From Caldilineae bacterium (GTDB taxonomy: Bacteria > Chloroflexota > Anaerolineae > DTLA01): DNA of 32,067 bases. The position numbers and the translations under genes are program-made. Below, one piece after another: positions 9,588 through 19,995 of this stretch. The notes beneath the pieces were generated by a model. That model had not been told where the DNA came from. It did no database searches and saw only the letters and a program-made list of their open reading frames with translations. Each line of letters opens with the position of its first letter. The first letter of the stretch is position 1. The stretch is taken from NCBI GenBank assembly GCA_037446815.1, contig JBBIHX010000020.1, positions 1 to 32,067 on the forward strand. Direction: 5' to 3'.

Positions 9588-9911
9588 ATGGAAGAGGTCT
9601 TCAACTGCACTGGGTTTCAGTGGGACCAGGGCAATCGGGATAAGAACTGGTTACGCCATCGCGTTTCGGATGCCGAATGTGAAGAGGTGTTTTTCAATGC
9701 GCCTCTTCTGGTGGCGAAAGACGTCAAGCATTCCGACCGTGAACCGCGCTACTACGTCTTGGGAAAGACGAATGCCGGTCGTCGTCTATTCGTCGTCGTA
9801 ACCGTTCGCGAGAAACTGCTCCGCGTCATCTCGGCGCGAGACATGAGCCGTCGGGAACGGAAGGTTTACAGAGATGCCGAAGAAACGGGTGAAAGAAATA
9901 CCGGAATTTGA
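9588..9911 (+). CDS. BrnT-family ribonuclease toxin
   Basis: FQWDQGNRDKNWLRHRVS..EEVF..HS..EPRY..LG..RVISARDMSRRER. Confidence 0.92.
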   Translation: MEEVFNCTGFQWDQGNRDKNWLRHRVSDAECEEVFFNAPLLVAKDVKHSDREPRYYVLGKTNAGRRLFVVVTVREKLLRVISARDMSRRERKVYRDAEETGERNTGI

Positions 9912-10167
9912 GAACGAAGAGCAAGAGCGCGAGTTTTGGTCTGCGCACGATTCGGCGGAGTATGTGGACTGGAAGCAGGCGCGCGCCGTAAGACTCCCGA
10001 ACCTGAAACCGACGACGAGAACCATCTCCATCCGCTTGCCCGTAACGTTGCTGGAAGATCTGAAGTTGTTGGCGAACAAGCGCGACGTGCCCTACCAGTC
10101 GCTGCTCAAGATGTACCTGGCCGAACGCGTTGAGGAGGAGTTGCGTACAGCGGAGGGGATAGAGTAA
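9874..10167 (+). CDS. BrnA/CopG-type antitoxin
   Basis: IPEFENEEQEREFWSAHD and C-terminal RHH TISIRLP..LKLLANKRDVPYQSLLKMYL; overlaps the toxin gene. Confidence 0.92.
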   Translation: MPKKRVKEIPEFENEEQEREFWSAHDSAEYVDWKQARAVRLPNLKPTTRTISIRLPVTLLEDLKLLANKRDVPYQSLLKMYLAERVEEELRTAEGIE

Positions 10168-10221
10168 TCCGGCACTGTGTTTGCGCTCTTGCGTTTTGAC
10201 CAGCCTTGCGGCCGCTTTGCT

Positions 10222-10286
10222 CACCGCAGAGACAGAGAGAACGCTGAGAAGGATCCAAACTCTGCGCCCTCTCCGACTCTGCGGTG
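10222..10286. repeat. Palindromic repeat pair between convergent genes (possible terminator function)
   Basis: CACCGCAGAG (10222) ... CTCTGCGGTG (10277) inverted arms; same family as 5998-6118. Confidence 0.7.
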
Positions 10287-10396
10287 TGTTCTTGTTTGCA
10301 TGAAACTGCAAAGTTAGTAAACGCAGTGTAACCCGCACGGGTGGCGGGGAACCAGGGACGAAGGATTGAGTCCAAGGTGTCGGGCTCTCGCACGCA

Positions 10397-11575
<1,179 letters not shown>

Positions 11576-11589
11576 ACGCACTCACCCCA

Positions 11590-11900
11590 TTAGCCATTCA
11601 GGATAGAATGCGGAAGAGAAGATGATGTAGACAGCACTCGTAACAAACCCCATTTTGTTATGAGTATGTTCTTGTAGCCGTTGCAGTCGTAGTCTTGTGG
11701 AAATGTGCATAACTGCCATGGCCTCATCGGGTTGTGTGGGCACGCGCATCATACCCCTACGGGTGGGTTCCCAGGCCGCGCGGGCGCTGGGGATAACTTG
11801 TGCACAGGCGGGGAACCCTCCGTGGGAGACCGTTCGCATCCCGCGCGGAGCCGACGGGTTGTGGATACCTGTGGATATCTGGCGCGGGTTATCCACAGAC
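11590..11900. other. Candidate chromosomal replication origin (DnaA-box cluster)
   Basis: DnaA-box-like 9-mers at 11696, 11704, 11788, 11798, 11860, 11870 and 11889 (perfect TTATCCACA); trinucleotide-periodic tract 11672-11692; AT-richer flank; intergenic. Confidence 0.7.
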
Positions 11901-11911
11901 TTGTCGCCGCC

Positions 11912-13357
11912 CTACCCATTGCCCCCGACAGGCAGCCTCACCACAAACCGACTGCCCAGCCCTTCCACACTCTCGGCCCAGATTTTGCCGCCGTGGGCAT
12001 CCACGATGCTCTTGCAGATGGCGAGGCCGAGGCCCGTTCCGCCGCGCGACCGCGCCCGCGACTTGTCCACCTGGTAGAAGCGCTCAAACACGCGGTTGAG
12101 TTCGCCGGCGGGGATGCCCTGGCCGGTGTCCGTCACGGCGATCTCCACCTCCGAGGCGGCGCCGCTTGCCTCCAATGCGGGCACGAGGCGGGCCGACGCG
12201 GTGATTCTCCCGCCGGCGGGCGTATGCTTCAGCGCGTTGTCCAGCAGGTTCGTGAACACCTGGGCCAAGCGGTCGCCGTCGCCGGTAATCGTTGGGAGGG
12301 GCGGGCACTCGCACGTGAGGCGAACGCCCGCCTGCTCCGCCGCGATGGACAGGCGCTCCACGCACACCCGCAGCACCTGGTCTATCTGTACGGGGTTGCG
12401 GGCCATCGTTACCTGGCCCGATTCAATCTTGGACAGGTCTAGCAGTTGCTCCACCATGCGAATCATGCGCAGCGACTCATCTCGGATGGTCTCCACGGCG
12501 TGGCGCTGGCCCGCTTCGTCGCCCGCCGCGCCGTCCAGCACCGCCTCGGCGAACCCGCGGATGGACGTGAGCGGCGTCTTCAACTCGTGCGAGACGTTGG
12601 CCACGAAGTCTCGCATGGTCTGCCTGGACTGCGAGACCTGCACGGCCATGTCGTTGAATGCCGACGCCACCTCGCGCATCTCCGACGGGAAGTCAATGAC
12701 GAGTTTCTGTTCGTAGTTGCCCGCGGCCACCGCGTGGGCGGCCTCCGCGATTTTGCGGATGGGCGTGGACAGGGCGCGCGTGAGCAGGAGCGCGAGGAGC
12801 GTCGCCACGGCAAGCGTTACCAGCCCCGCCCACAGGAATCCGGAGAACATCTCCCGCAGCACGGTCCACGCGCTGCGCGCGGGCGCGGCGACGATGAGGA
12901 TGACCGGGCGCTGGAACACGGAGGTGGCGGCGCTCACCTGGACGGGGATTCCCACGTACAGCAGGTCTGATCCGCCGGGGATGGTGAGCCGGCCGCGAAT
13001 GTAGCGCGTGGTGGGGTCCGGGGCCGCCGACGCCAGTTCGGGGAGGGTGCGCCCTTCCATGTCCCCGCCTGCGTCCAGCCGCACCAGCCCCTTCGGTTCG
13101 GCGATGAGGATCCTGACGTTCTGCGCGCTCGCCTGCTCTTCCAACTGCGTCTTGATGTCGGCAAGCGCGCCTCCCTGCCGCGCCAGTTCGCTGACCAGGC
13201 GCACGGTGGGGAGGGCCTTGTCGGTCAGCGTGGCGAAGGTGAGTCGCACCAGGATGGGGCGAATGACGATCACCAGCGTTACGAATCCCAGCAGCAGGGA
13301 AAGCCCTACCACCGCCACGTAGGAGAGAATCAACCTCGCGCGCAGGCTCTTCAGCAT
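11912..13357 (-). CDS. Membrane sensor histidine kinase (2 TM, HAMP, HisKA, HATPase_c)
   Basis: FVANVSHELKTPLTSI, QVFTNLLDNALKH, DTGQGI, FERFY, GTGLGLAI. Confidence 0.95.
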   Translation of the reverse strand: MLKSLRARLILSYVAVVGLSLLLGFVTLVIVIRPILVRLTFATLTDKALPTVRLVSELARQGGALADIKTQLEEQASAQNVRILIAEPKGLVRLDAGGDMEGRTLPELASAAPDPTTRYIRGRLTIPGGSDLLYVGIPVQVSAATSVFQRPVILIVAAPARSAWTVLREMFSGFLWAGLVTLAVATLLALLLTRALSTPIRKIAEAAHAVAAGNYEQKLVIDFPSEMREVASAFNDMAVQVSQSRQTMRDFVANVSHELKTPLTSIRGFAEAVLDGAAGDEAGQRHAVETIRDESLRMIRMVEQLLDLSKIESGQVTMARNPVQIDQVLRVCVERLSIAAEQAGVRLTCECPPLPTITGDGDRLAQVFTNLLDNALKHTPAGGRITASARLVPALEASGAASEVEIAVTDTGQGIPAGELNRVFERFYQVDKSRARSRGGTGLGLAICKSIVDAHGGKIWAESVEGLGSRFVVRLPVGGNG

Positions 13358-13358
13358 G

Positions 13359-14039
13359 TCAGCCCTCTTCCACGAGTTTGTAGCCGATGCCCCAGACGGT
13401 TTCAATGGACGCGCCGCTGGATTGAATCTTGTTGCGCACGTGGGCCACGTGGACGTCCACCGTGCGGGTTTCGCCGTAGAAGTCGTAGCCCCACGCCTGG
13501 CTCAGGAGTTGCTCGCGGCTCAACACCATGCCTTTGTGCTGGGCCAGGGCCAGGAGCACGTCAAACTCCTTGGTGCGCATGTCCACCCGCGCCCCTCGGA
13601 TGGTAACCTCGCGGCGTCGGGGGTCTATCACCAGGTCGCCGATGCGAATGGATTCGCCCGAGTCGGGCTGGCGTTGGGTGCGGCGCAGGATGGCCTTGAC
13701 GCGCGCGACCAACTCGCGGGGGTTGAAGGGCTTGGTCAAGTAGTCGTCGGCCCCCAGTTCCAGGCCCACGATTTTGTCCACGTCGTCGCTGCGGGCCGTG
13801 AGCATAAGGATGGGCACCTGCGAGGTCGCGCGGATGCGGCGGCACACCTCCCACCCGTCCACCTTGGGCAGCATGAGGTCAAGGACGATGAGGGCGGGCT
13901 TGAGGGCGTTGGCCTTGCGTAGGGCCTCTTCGCCGTCGCCGGCGGATTCCACCGAGAACCCGTCCTTCTCAAGATACATGCGGGCCAACTGCACGATGTT
14001 CTTCTCGTCGTCCACCACCAGGATGAGGTCTTTCGTCAT
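13359..14039 (-). CDS. OmpR/PhoB-family response regulator (canonical)
   Basis: LVVDDE, IVLDLMLP, LTAR, YLTKPF, VDVHVAHVRNKI, TVWGIGY; GGAGG SD before ATG 14039. Confidence 0.96.
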   Translation of the reverse strand: MTKDLILVVDDEKNIVQLARMYLEKDGFSVESAGDGEEALRKANALKPALIVLDLMLPKVDGWEVCRRIRATSQVPILMLTARSDDVDKIVGLELGADDYLTKPFNPRELVARVKAILRRTQRQPDSGESIRIGDLVIDPRRREVTIRGARVDMRTKEFDVLLALAQHKGMVLSREQLLSQAWGYDFYGETRTVDVHVAHVRNKIQSSGASIETVWGIGYKLVEEG

Positions 14040-14061
14040 CTTGATTCCCTCCGACGGTGGT

Positions 14062-14090
14062 ATTGTACGGCAGTTTTGGCGAATCATCAA
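14062..14090 (-). promoter_or_regulatory. sigma70-type promoter for the two-component operon
   Basis: Minus strand TTGATG-17 bp-TACAAT. Confidence 0.65.
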
Positions 14091-14106
14091 GGCGCGGTGC
14101 GCCGAG

Positions 14107-14254
14107 ATTCGGTTCCAAAGTCTGTTGGTGGCTGTCATTGCGAGGGCGCGGAGCGCCCGAAGCAATCTCCGGGGTGTGGGATTGCTTCGCTTCGCTCGCA
14201 ATGACACACGAGGAGAGTACGCCTACGGTTCACCAACACAAGATGAAACCGACT
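14107..14254 (+). mobile_element. 148-bp MITE-like element, copy 1
   Basis: Ends ATTCGGTTCCAAAGTCTGTTGG / CCAACACAAGATGAAACCGACT (imperfect IR); internal GTCATTGCGAG..CTCGCAATGAC hairpin; near-identical to 26017-26164 and 31345-31492. Confidence 0.8.
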
Positions 14255-14261
14255 CCCTCTG

Positions 14262-14431
14262 AGTCGGTTCCAAAGTCTGTTGGCATCTACCGTCATTCTG
14301 AGCGGCGGAGAGCGAAGAATCTCGCCCCTCACCCCAGCCCTCTCCCGAAGGGCGAGGGCGTATCACCTTCGGCTCATCATGACAGAGTGGTGGCGGCGTC
14401 CGGGACAGACCAACACAAGATAGAACCGAAT
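14262..14431 (+). mobile_element. 170-bp variant with the same termini but a different internal palindrome
   Basis: Starts AGTCGGTTCCAAAGTCTGTTGG, ends CCAACACAAGATAGAACCGAAT; interior has GTCATTCTGAGCG..GAAGAATCTC and a CCCTCACCCC unit. Confidence 0.7.
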
Positions 14432-14448
14432 CCTTTCCTCTGCCGCGT

Positions 14449-14477
14449 TTGATTTTTCGGCGCGTGTGGGATAAGAT
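14449..14477 (+). promoter_or_regulatory. Promoter for a probable leaderless transcript
   Basis: TTGATT-17 bp-TAAGAT, with the ATG at 14484 seven nt after the last -10 base and no clear SD. Confidence 0.55.
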
Positions 14478-14483
14478 GAGCGC

Positions 14484-15470
14484 ATGGACGTTCTGATTAC
14501 GGGCGGAGCGGGCTACATCGGATCCCACCTGGCCGACCGCCTTCTGGCCGACGGGCATTCGGTCGTGGCGCTGGACGACTTGAGCACGGGCCGCATGGAG
14601 AACATCGCCCACCATCTGGGCAACCCGCGGTTCGTGTGGGTGCAGGGCGACGTGCGCGACGCGGCGCTGGTGGCGCGCCTGGTGGGGCAGTGCGACGTGG
14701 TGTTCCACCTGGCGGCGGTTGTGGGCGTGGCGCACGTGATCCACGATCCGCTGCGCTGTGTCCAGGTGAACATCGGCGGCACCGAGGCGGTGCTGGCGGC
14801 GGCCTTCGCGCATCGTCGTCGCGTCGTATTCGCCTCCTCGTCCGAGGTGTACGGCAAGAACGACCGCGTCCCGTTCCGCGAGGAGGACGACCGAATCCTG
14901 GGCGCGACGTGGATTCCCCGATGGGCCTACGCCGTGTCCAAGGCGCTGGACGAGCACCTGTGCTTCGCCTACGCCGACCGCGGGCTGGAGGTCTCCATCG
15001 TCCGCTACTTCAACTCCTACGGCCCGCGCATGGATGGCCGGGGCTACGGGAGCGTGGTGGCCCGTTTCATCTCGCAGGCCCTGAAGGGCGAGCCGCTCAC
15101 CGTGTACGGCGATGGGCAACAGACCCGCTGCTTCACCTACGTCTCCGACACGGTGGAGGGGACGCTGCGCGCCGGCACCCGCACCGAAGCCCTCGGCCAG
15201 GCGTTCAACATCGGGAGCGACCGCGAAATCACGATTCGGAGCCTGGCGGAGATGATCCTCGCGCTCACGGGAAGCCCATCGCGCATCGTCCTTGTGCCCT
15301 ACGAGCAGGCTTACGGCGGGCGCTTTGAGGAGGCTCCGCGCCGTCGGCCCGCCGTGGATAAGGCGCGGCGGATGCTTGGGTTTGAGGCCACGGTTTCGCT
15401 GGAGGAAGGATTGCGGCAGACAATCCGCTGGTTTGAGGCCGACGGCCAACCGCTAGCGGCTAACGGCTAA
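14484..15470 (+). CDS. NAD-dependent NDP-sugar epimerase/dehydratase (extended SDR)
   Basis: ITGGAGYIGS, FHLAA, ASSSEVYG, YAVSK, RYFNSYGP, GDGQQTRCF. Confidence 0.93.
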   Translation: MDVLITGGAGYIGSHLADRLLADGHSVVALDDLSTGRMENIAHHLGNPRFVWVQGDVRDAALVARLVGQCDVVFHLAAVVGVAHVIHDPLRCVQVNIGGTEAVLAAAFAHRRRVVFASSSEVYGKNDRVPFREEDDRILGATWIPRWAYAVSKALDEHLCFAYADRGLEVSIVRYFNSYGPRMDGRGYGSVVARFISQALKGEPLTVYGDGQQTRCFTYVSDTVEGTLRAGTRTEALGQAFNIGSDREITIRSLAEMILALTGSPSRIVLVPYEQAYGGRFEEAPRRRPAVDKARRMLGFEATVSLEEGLRQTIRWFEADGQPLAANG

Positions 15471-15492
15471 TGGCTTGGGAGGAGAGTGAGCA

Positions 15493-18400
15493 TTGACAGA
15501 GACAAAACTGGCCCGATACTGCGACAAGGTCATAGAGGCTGGATGGCTGGCGGCGCTCGTCGCGGTGCCGCTGTTCTTCAACATCTACTCCAGCCGCGTC
15601 TTTGAGCCGGACAAACTCACGCTGCTGCGCTCCATCGTCATCGCGATGATCGCCGCGTGGATCGTGGGCAAAGCGGAAACGTTGCGGCTGGGCGGGCGGG
15701 ACACGGAGCGGGACGCCGCGCAACCGGGCCTTTGGGCGCGCATTCGCTCCACGCCGCTCGTGCTGCCGACGCTGCTTATGGTCCTGGCGTACCTCATCTC
15801 CCTGGCGTTTTCGCGCACGCCCGGCATCAGTTGGAAAGGCTCGTATGTGCGATTGCAGGGCGTCTCGGCGGCCTTCTCGTACATCGTCATCTTCTTCCTG
15901 ATGCTGGAGCGGATGCGCACCCGCGATCAACTGGAGCGCGCCGTCCAGACCGTGATTCTCACAAGCGTGCCGGCCAGTTTGTACGGCATCCTCCAGCACT
16001 ATCGGCTGGACCCGCTACCCTGGGCGGGCGAGACGGCGGAGCGCGTGGCGTCCAGCATGGGCAACGCCATCTTCATCGCCGCGTGGCTGCTCATGGCCTT
16101 CTTCGTTACCCTGTACAAGGCGCTGCCCATCTTCGGGCGAATGGCGACATCCAAGGAGCAAAGCCCCATCCGCGACGCGGTGCTGGGCGGCGTGTACCTG
16201 TTCATCCTGGCGATTCAACTCGTCGCCATCTTCTTCACCCAGAGCCGCGGCCCCTGGCTGGGGCTGTTGGGCGGGCTGTACGCGTTCGTGCTCATCCTGC
16301 TGGTGTCGCTTCGGCAGCGGGCGGGCGGCGAGCGGCGCATGGGCACGGGCGACGTGGTGCGCGGGCTGGCGGCGGGCGCGGGCGTGATGCTCCTCGGCGG
16401 CGCGCTCGCGTGGGTGAGCATCGCTCGCCTCAACTCGCCGCTGCTGGGGGTGGCGCTCCTGGGGACGGTAGTCATTCTGTCGTATGTGGTGCTCATCCTG
16501 TCGCGCGCAGGGTGGCGCTGGTTGTGGATTTCCTGGATTGCGCAGACGATTCTGGTTGCCGCGTTCCTCGTCGTGTTCAACCTGCCCCAGACCCCGCTGG
16601 AGTCGCTGCGCGAAACGCCGTACATCGGGCGGTTGGGCCAGGTGTTTGAGACCGAGGGCGGCACCGGCAAGGTGCGCGTGCTCATCTGGGAAGGCGCGGT
16701 CAAGATGATCGCCTCCAACCCGCTGCGCGCCCTGGTGGGGTATGGCCCCGAGTCCATGTACGTTACCTACGAGCCGTTCTACCCGCCCGACCTGGCCCAC
16801 TACGAGGCCCGCAACCGCACGCCCGACCGTTCGCACAATCAGACCTTTGACGCGCTGGTGTCCACCGGCATCCTCGGATTCTTGGCGTACATGTTCCTGT
16901 TCTCCAGCATCTTCTACTACGGCATGCGGTGGTTGGGCCTCATCCGCTCGCCCAGGGAGCGCAACCTGTTCGTGGCGCTCATCGTGGGGGGCGCGGCGGT
17001 CGGCACGGCCCTTGCGCGGGTGCTGACGGGCGGGTACGCCTTCGTCGGCGTCAGCCTGCCCGCGGGGTTCATCTTCGGCCTGGTGCTGTACCTCATCGTC
17101 GCGGCGGTGAATCCGACGGGCGGCGAGGCCGACGCACTCCCCGCCGAGCGGAGAATCCTCATCGCGGCGCTCCTGGCCGCGATTCTGGGTCATTTCATTG
17201 AAATCCACTTCGGCTTCATCATCGCGGCCACGGGCACGTACTTCTGGGCGCTGGCGGCGCTGTTCGCCCTGGCGGGGTCCGGGCGCATCCGCGAGGTGGT
17301 GCAGGCCGCGCCGTCCAAGCCGTCGGTTGCGGCGCCCCCTGCCCCTGGGCGCAAGCACAAGCAGCGGAAGCGCCCACAGCCGCCGCGCGTATCGCCACAG
17401 CGAGCCGAAGACCGGCGCTGGCGGGAGTTCCTGGCCTACACGCTCATCGTCGCCCTGGTCGTGTCGGTCGTGGTGTTTGACTTCACATCCAACCAGGCGC
17501 GGGCTGCGTCCATCCCCGCCATCATCGCGAACTCGTTCACCAAGATCGGGTTGCTGACGGAATCGCCGCGCGGGTCATGGGCCATGGCCATGCTGCTGGG
17601 GCTGACCGTCCTCACCGGAGCCGCGATGACCTTCCACCGCGCGCGTGAGGCCGAAGACACGCCCCCGAGCGCAGGGTGGCTCGTGGGGGCCGTTGTCATC
17701 TTCCTGTGCGCGGTGATTCTGATTCCGCTGGCGGTGGGGTGGGCGAAAGCCGACCTGCTGCGGGTGGGCAAGGATGTGAGCGGGATCATCGCGCGGTGGT
17801 ACATCGCCTTCTTCGCCCTCATGTTCGCGCTGGGGGCGGCGCTGTTCCGCCCTGGGCCGTCGCCGCAGCGATGGGCGCGGGTGGAAATCGCCTGGGCCTA
17901 CGCGATCCTGGCCGTCGCGGCCGGCGTCATCATCTGGAACGCCAACGGCGTCCTCGTCAAGGCGGACATCTTGTACCAGCAGGGGTATCTGCTGGAGCAG
18001 GACTACATGAAGAACGCCGGCGCGCTCAATAACGAGCAGCGGCTGCAGGTGCTGGATCGGGTGCTTGGGCTATACAATAGCGCGATTCGCAACACCCCAT
18101 CGGAGGATTTCTACTACCTGGCGGCGGCGCGGGTGCTTCAGCAGATGGTGCCGCTGGCCCAGACGCCGCAGAAGAAGCAGGTCCTGCTCAACCAGGGCAT
18201 CGCCACGGTGGAAAAGGCGCGCGCCCTGTACCCGCTGAACGTGGATCACACGGCGAACATGGGCCGCTTCTATCGTACCTGGGCCCAGGAAGTTACCGAC
18301 CCCGCCGAGAAGCAGGAGAAACTCCAACTGGCCTCGGACTACTACGCCCAGGCTACGCAACTCAGCCCCAACAAGGCGCATTTGTACAACGAGTGGGCGC

Positions 18401-18843
18401 TGGTGTACTATCTCATGGGCGACTACGACAAGGCCCGCGAGAAACTGGAGAAATCGCTCTCGCTGGATGCGCTGTACGACCAGACCTACCTGTTGCTGGG
18501 CCAGTTGTACACCCAGACGGGCGACTGGGCCAATGCCGAAGAAGTGTACCGCAAGGCGGTGGACCTGAACCCCACGGCGGTGGAATCCCTCAGCATGTTG
18601 GGGTACGTGCTGGACCAGCAGGGGAAAATCACCGAGGCCATTACCCAGAACCTGCGCGTGCTGGAACTGGCGCCGCAAGACTACATCAGCATTCGCAACC
18701 TGTCGGTGCTGTACAACAAGTTGGGCGATTACAAGCAGGCCCTGGCGTATGCGCAACTGGCCTTGAGCCTGGCTCCCGACAGCGACAAGCCGCAACTGGA
18801 GCAGTTCGTGGAGCAATTGCGGGCGCTGGCTGGGGGGCAGTAG
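15493..18843 (+). CDS. O-antigen-ligase-like (Wzy_C / O-OTase-like) polytopic membrane protein with C-terminal TPR domain
   Basis: SSMGNAIF, TQSRGPWLG, VRVLIWEGA..P..GYGPE, DRSHNQTFD..GILG; many TM segments; C-terminal ~280 aa of TPR-like repeats. Confidence 0.8.
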   Translation: MTETKLARYCDKVIEAGWLAALVAVPLFFNIYSSRVFEPDKLTLLRSIVIAMIAAWIVGKAETLRLGGRDTERDAAQPGLWARIRSTPLVLPTLLMVLAYLISLAFSRTPGISWKGSYVRLQGVSAAFSYIVIFFLMLERMRTRDQLERAVQTVILTSVPASLYGILQHYRLDPLPWAGETAERVASSMGNAIFIAAWLLMAFFVTLYKALPIFGRMATSKEQSPIRDAVLGGVYLFILAIQLVAIFFTQSRGPWLGLLGGLYAFVLILLVSLRQRAGGERRMGTGDVVRGLAAGAGVMLLGGALAWVSIARLNSPLLGVALLGTVVILSYVVLILSRAGWRWLWISWIAQTILVAAFLVVFNLPQTPLESLRETPYIGRLGQVFETEGGTGKVRVLIWEGAVKMIASNPLRALVGYGPESMYVTYEPFYPPDLAHYEARNRTPDRSHNQTFDALVSTGILGFLAYMFLFSSIFYYGMRWLGLIRSPRERNLFVALIVGGAAVGTALARVLTGGYAFVGVSLPAGFIFGLVLYLIVAAVNPTGGEADALPAERRILIAALLAAILGHFIEIHFGFIIAATGTYFWALAALFALAGSGRIREVVQAAPSKPSVAAPPAPGRKHKQRKRPQPPRVSPQRAEDRRWREFLAYTLIVALVVSVVVFDFTSNQARAASIPAIIANSFTKIGLLTESPRGSWAMAMLLGLTVLTGAAMTFHRAREAEDTPPSAGWLVGAVVIFLCAVILIPLAVGWAKADLLRVGKDVSGIIARWYIAFFALMFALGAALFRPGPSPQRWARVEIAWAYAILAVAAGVIIWNANGVLVKADILYQQGYLLEQDYMKNAGALNNEQRLQVLDRVLGLYNSAIRNTPSEDFYYLAAARVLQQMVPLAQTPQKKQVLLNQGIATVEKARALYPLNVDHTANMGRFYRTWAQEVTDPAEKQEKLQLASDYYAQATQLSPNKAHLYNEWALVYYLMGDYDKAREKLEKSLSLDALYDQTYLLLGQLYTQTGDWANAEEVYRKAVDLNPTAVESLSMLGYVLDQQGKITEAITQNLRVLELAPQDYISIRNLSVLYNKLGDYKQALAYAQLALSLAPDSDKPQLEQFVEQLRALAGGQ

Positions 18844-18882
18844 AGAAGGCCGCCGCGCGGCCGAGGATCAGGAGCAGGCGCG

Positions 18883-19908
18883 ATGTTGGTCTATATGCTC
18901 ATCTTCCTGTCGGCGCTGTTGCTGGCCGTAGGGGCGACGCCGCTGGCGAAGCGGCTCGCCGTGCGCGCGGGGGTGGTGGACCAGCCCAGCCCGCGCAAGG
19001 TGCATCGTGTTCCCATGCCCCGCATGGGCGGCGTGGCCATCTACCTGGCCTTCATGGCGGCGCTGGCCATCTTCGGCGAATGGTTCCCCATCGCGCAGGT
19101 GGTGAGCATCTTCGTGGGGGCCACGTTGGTGTCGTTTCTGGGCCTGTGGGACGACCGCTGGGGCGTGGGGCCGCTGTGGAAACTGCTGGGGCAAGTCGGC
19201 GCCGCGCTGATTCTGGCCTTCTCCGGCGTGCGCATCGGCCTGTTCCCCTACGCCTGGCTGAACGTGGCTCTTACCGTCTTCTGGGTGGTGTACATCACCA
19301 ACGCCATGAACCTGCTGGACAACATGGACGGGCTGAGCGGGGGCGTGGCGGCGGTGGCGTCGGCGTACTTCCTGCTGCTGGCGGCGATGAGCGGGCAGTA
19401 CCTGGTGGGCGCGTTGGCCGCGGCGCTCCTGGGCGCGAGCCTGGGGTTTCTGGTGTACAACTACAACCCCGCCAGCATCTTCATGGGCGACAGCGGGGCG
19501 CTGTTCATCGGTTTTCTGCTGGCGGCGCTGGGCATCAAACTGCGCTTTCCGCAGAACTACGTCATCGTAACGTGGATGGTGCCTGTGCTGGTGCTGGGGC
19601 TGCCCATCTTTGACACGGCGCTGGTCGTCGTGTCGCGGCTTCGGCGCGGGGTGAACCCGCTGACGACGCCCGGCAAGGACCACATATCCCATCGGCTGGT
19701 GGAGCGGGGGCTGACGCCGCGCGAGGCCGTGCTGACGTTGTACCTGGTGGGGTGCGGGCTGGGGATGCTGGCGGTCTTCGTAACGCAGGCCAGCATCGCC
19801 GAGGGGTACGGAGTGGGCGGCGCGGCGGCGGTGATGGCGCTGTACGCGCTGTGGAGGTACGAATTCAGGCGGGGCCGCCGCAACGAGCGAGGCGAGGAGT
19901 CTGCCTAG
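18883..19908 (+). CDS. Polyprenyl-phosphate HexNAc-1-phosphate transferase (WecA/TagO, MraY superfamily)
   Basis: [43 protein letters not shown]. Confidence 0.95.
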   Translation: MLVYMLIFLSALLLAVGATPLAKRLAVRAGVVDQPSPRKVHRVPMPRMGGVAIYLAFMAALAIFGEWFPIAQVVSIFVGATLVSFLGLWDDRWGVGPLWKLLGQVGAALILAFSGVRIGLFPYAWLNVALTVFWVVYITNAMNLLDNMDGLSGGVAAVASAYFLLLAAMSGQYLVGALAAALLGASLGFLVYNYNPASIFMGDSGALFIGFLLAALGIKLRFPQNYVIVTWMVPVLVLGLPIFDTALVVVSRLRRGVNPLTTPGKDHISHRLVERGLTPREAVLTLYLVGCGLGMLAVFVTQASIAEGYGVGGAAAVMALYALWRYEFRRGRRNERGEESA

Positions 19909-19981
19909 CGAGCAGCGGTCAGCCGTAGACTCCTTGAAGAGGCCGATTGCTGACGGCTGACTGCTGTCCGCTGACCGCTAC
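19906..19981. repeat. Inverted heptamer-type repeat (CAGCGGT.. / GCTGACG..)
   Basis: AGCGAGC-AGCGGTC-AGCCGT facing GCTGACG-GCTGACT-GCTGTCC-GCTGACC; similar heptamers at about 15440-15475. Confidence 0.6.
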
Positions 19982-19995
19982 AGGGGGATGACCTG

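Noticed and set aside
11582..11896. 104-aa and 126-aa ORFs in the galK-kinase gap
   Set aside because: No motifs or SD; the region is better explained as a DnaA-box cluster
14040..14207. N-terminal extensions in the ORF track (regulator to 14207, thiolase from 8215, transposase from 27456, kinase to 30780, hypothetical to 25952)
   Set aside because: They run through repeats, promoters or neighbouring genes; better starts with SD motifs lie downstream
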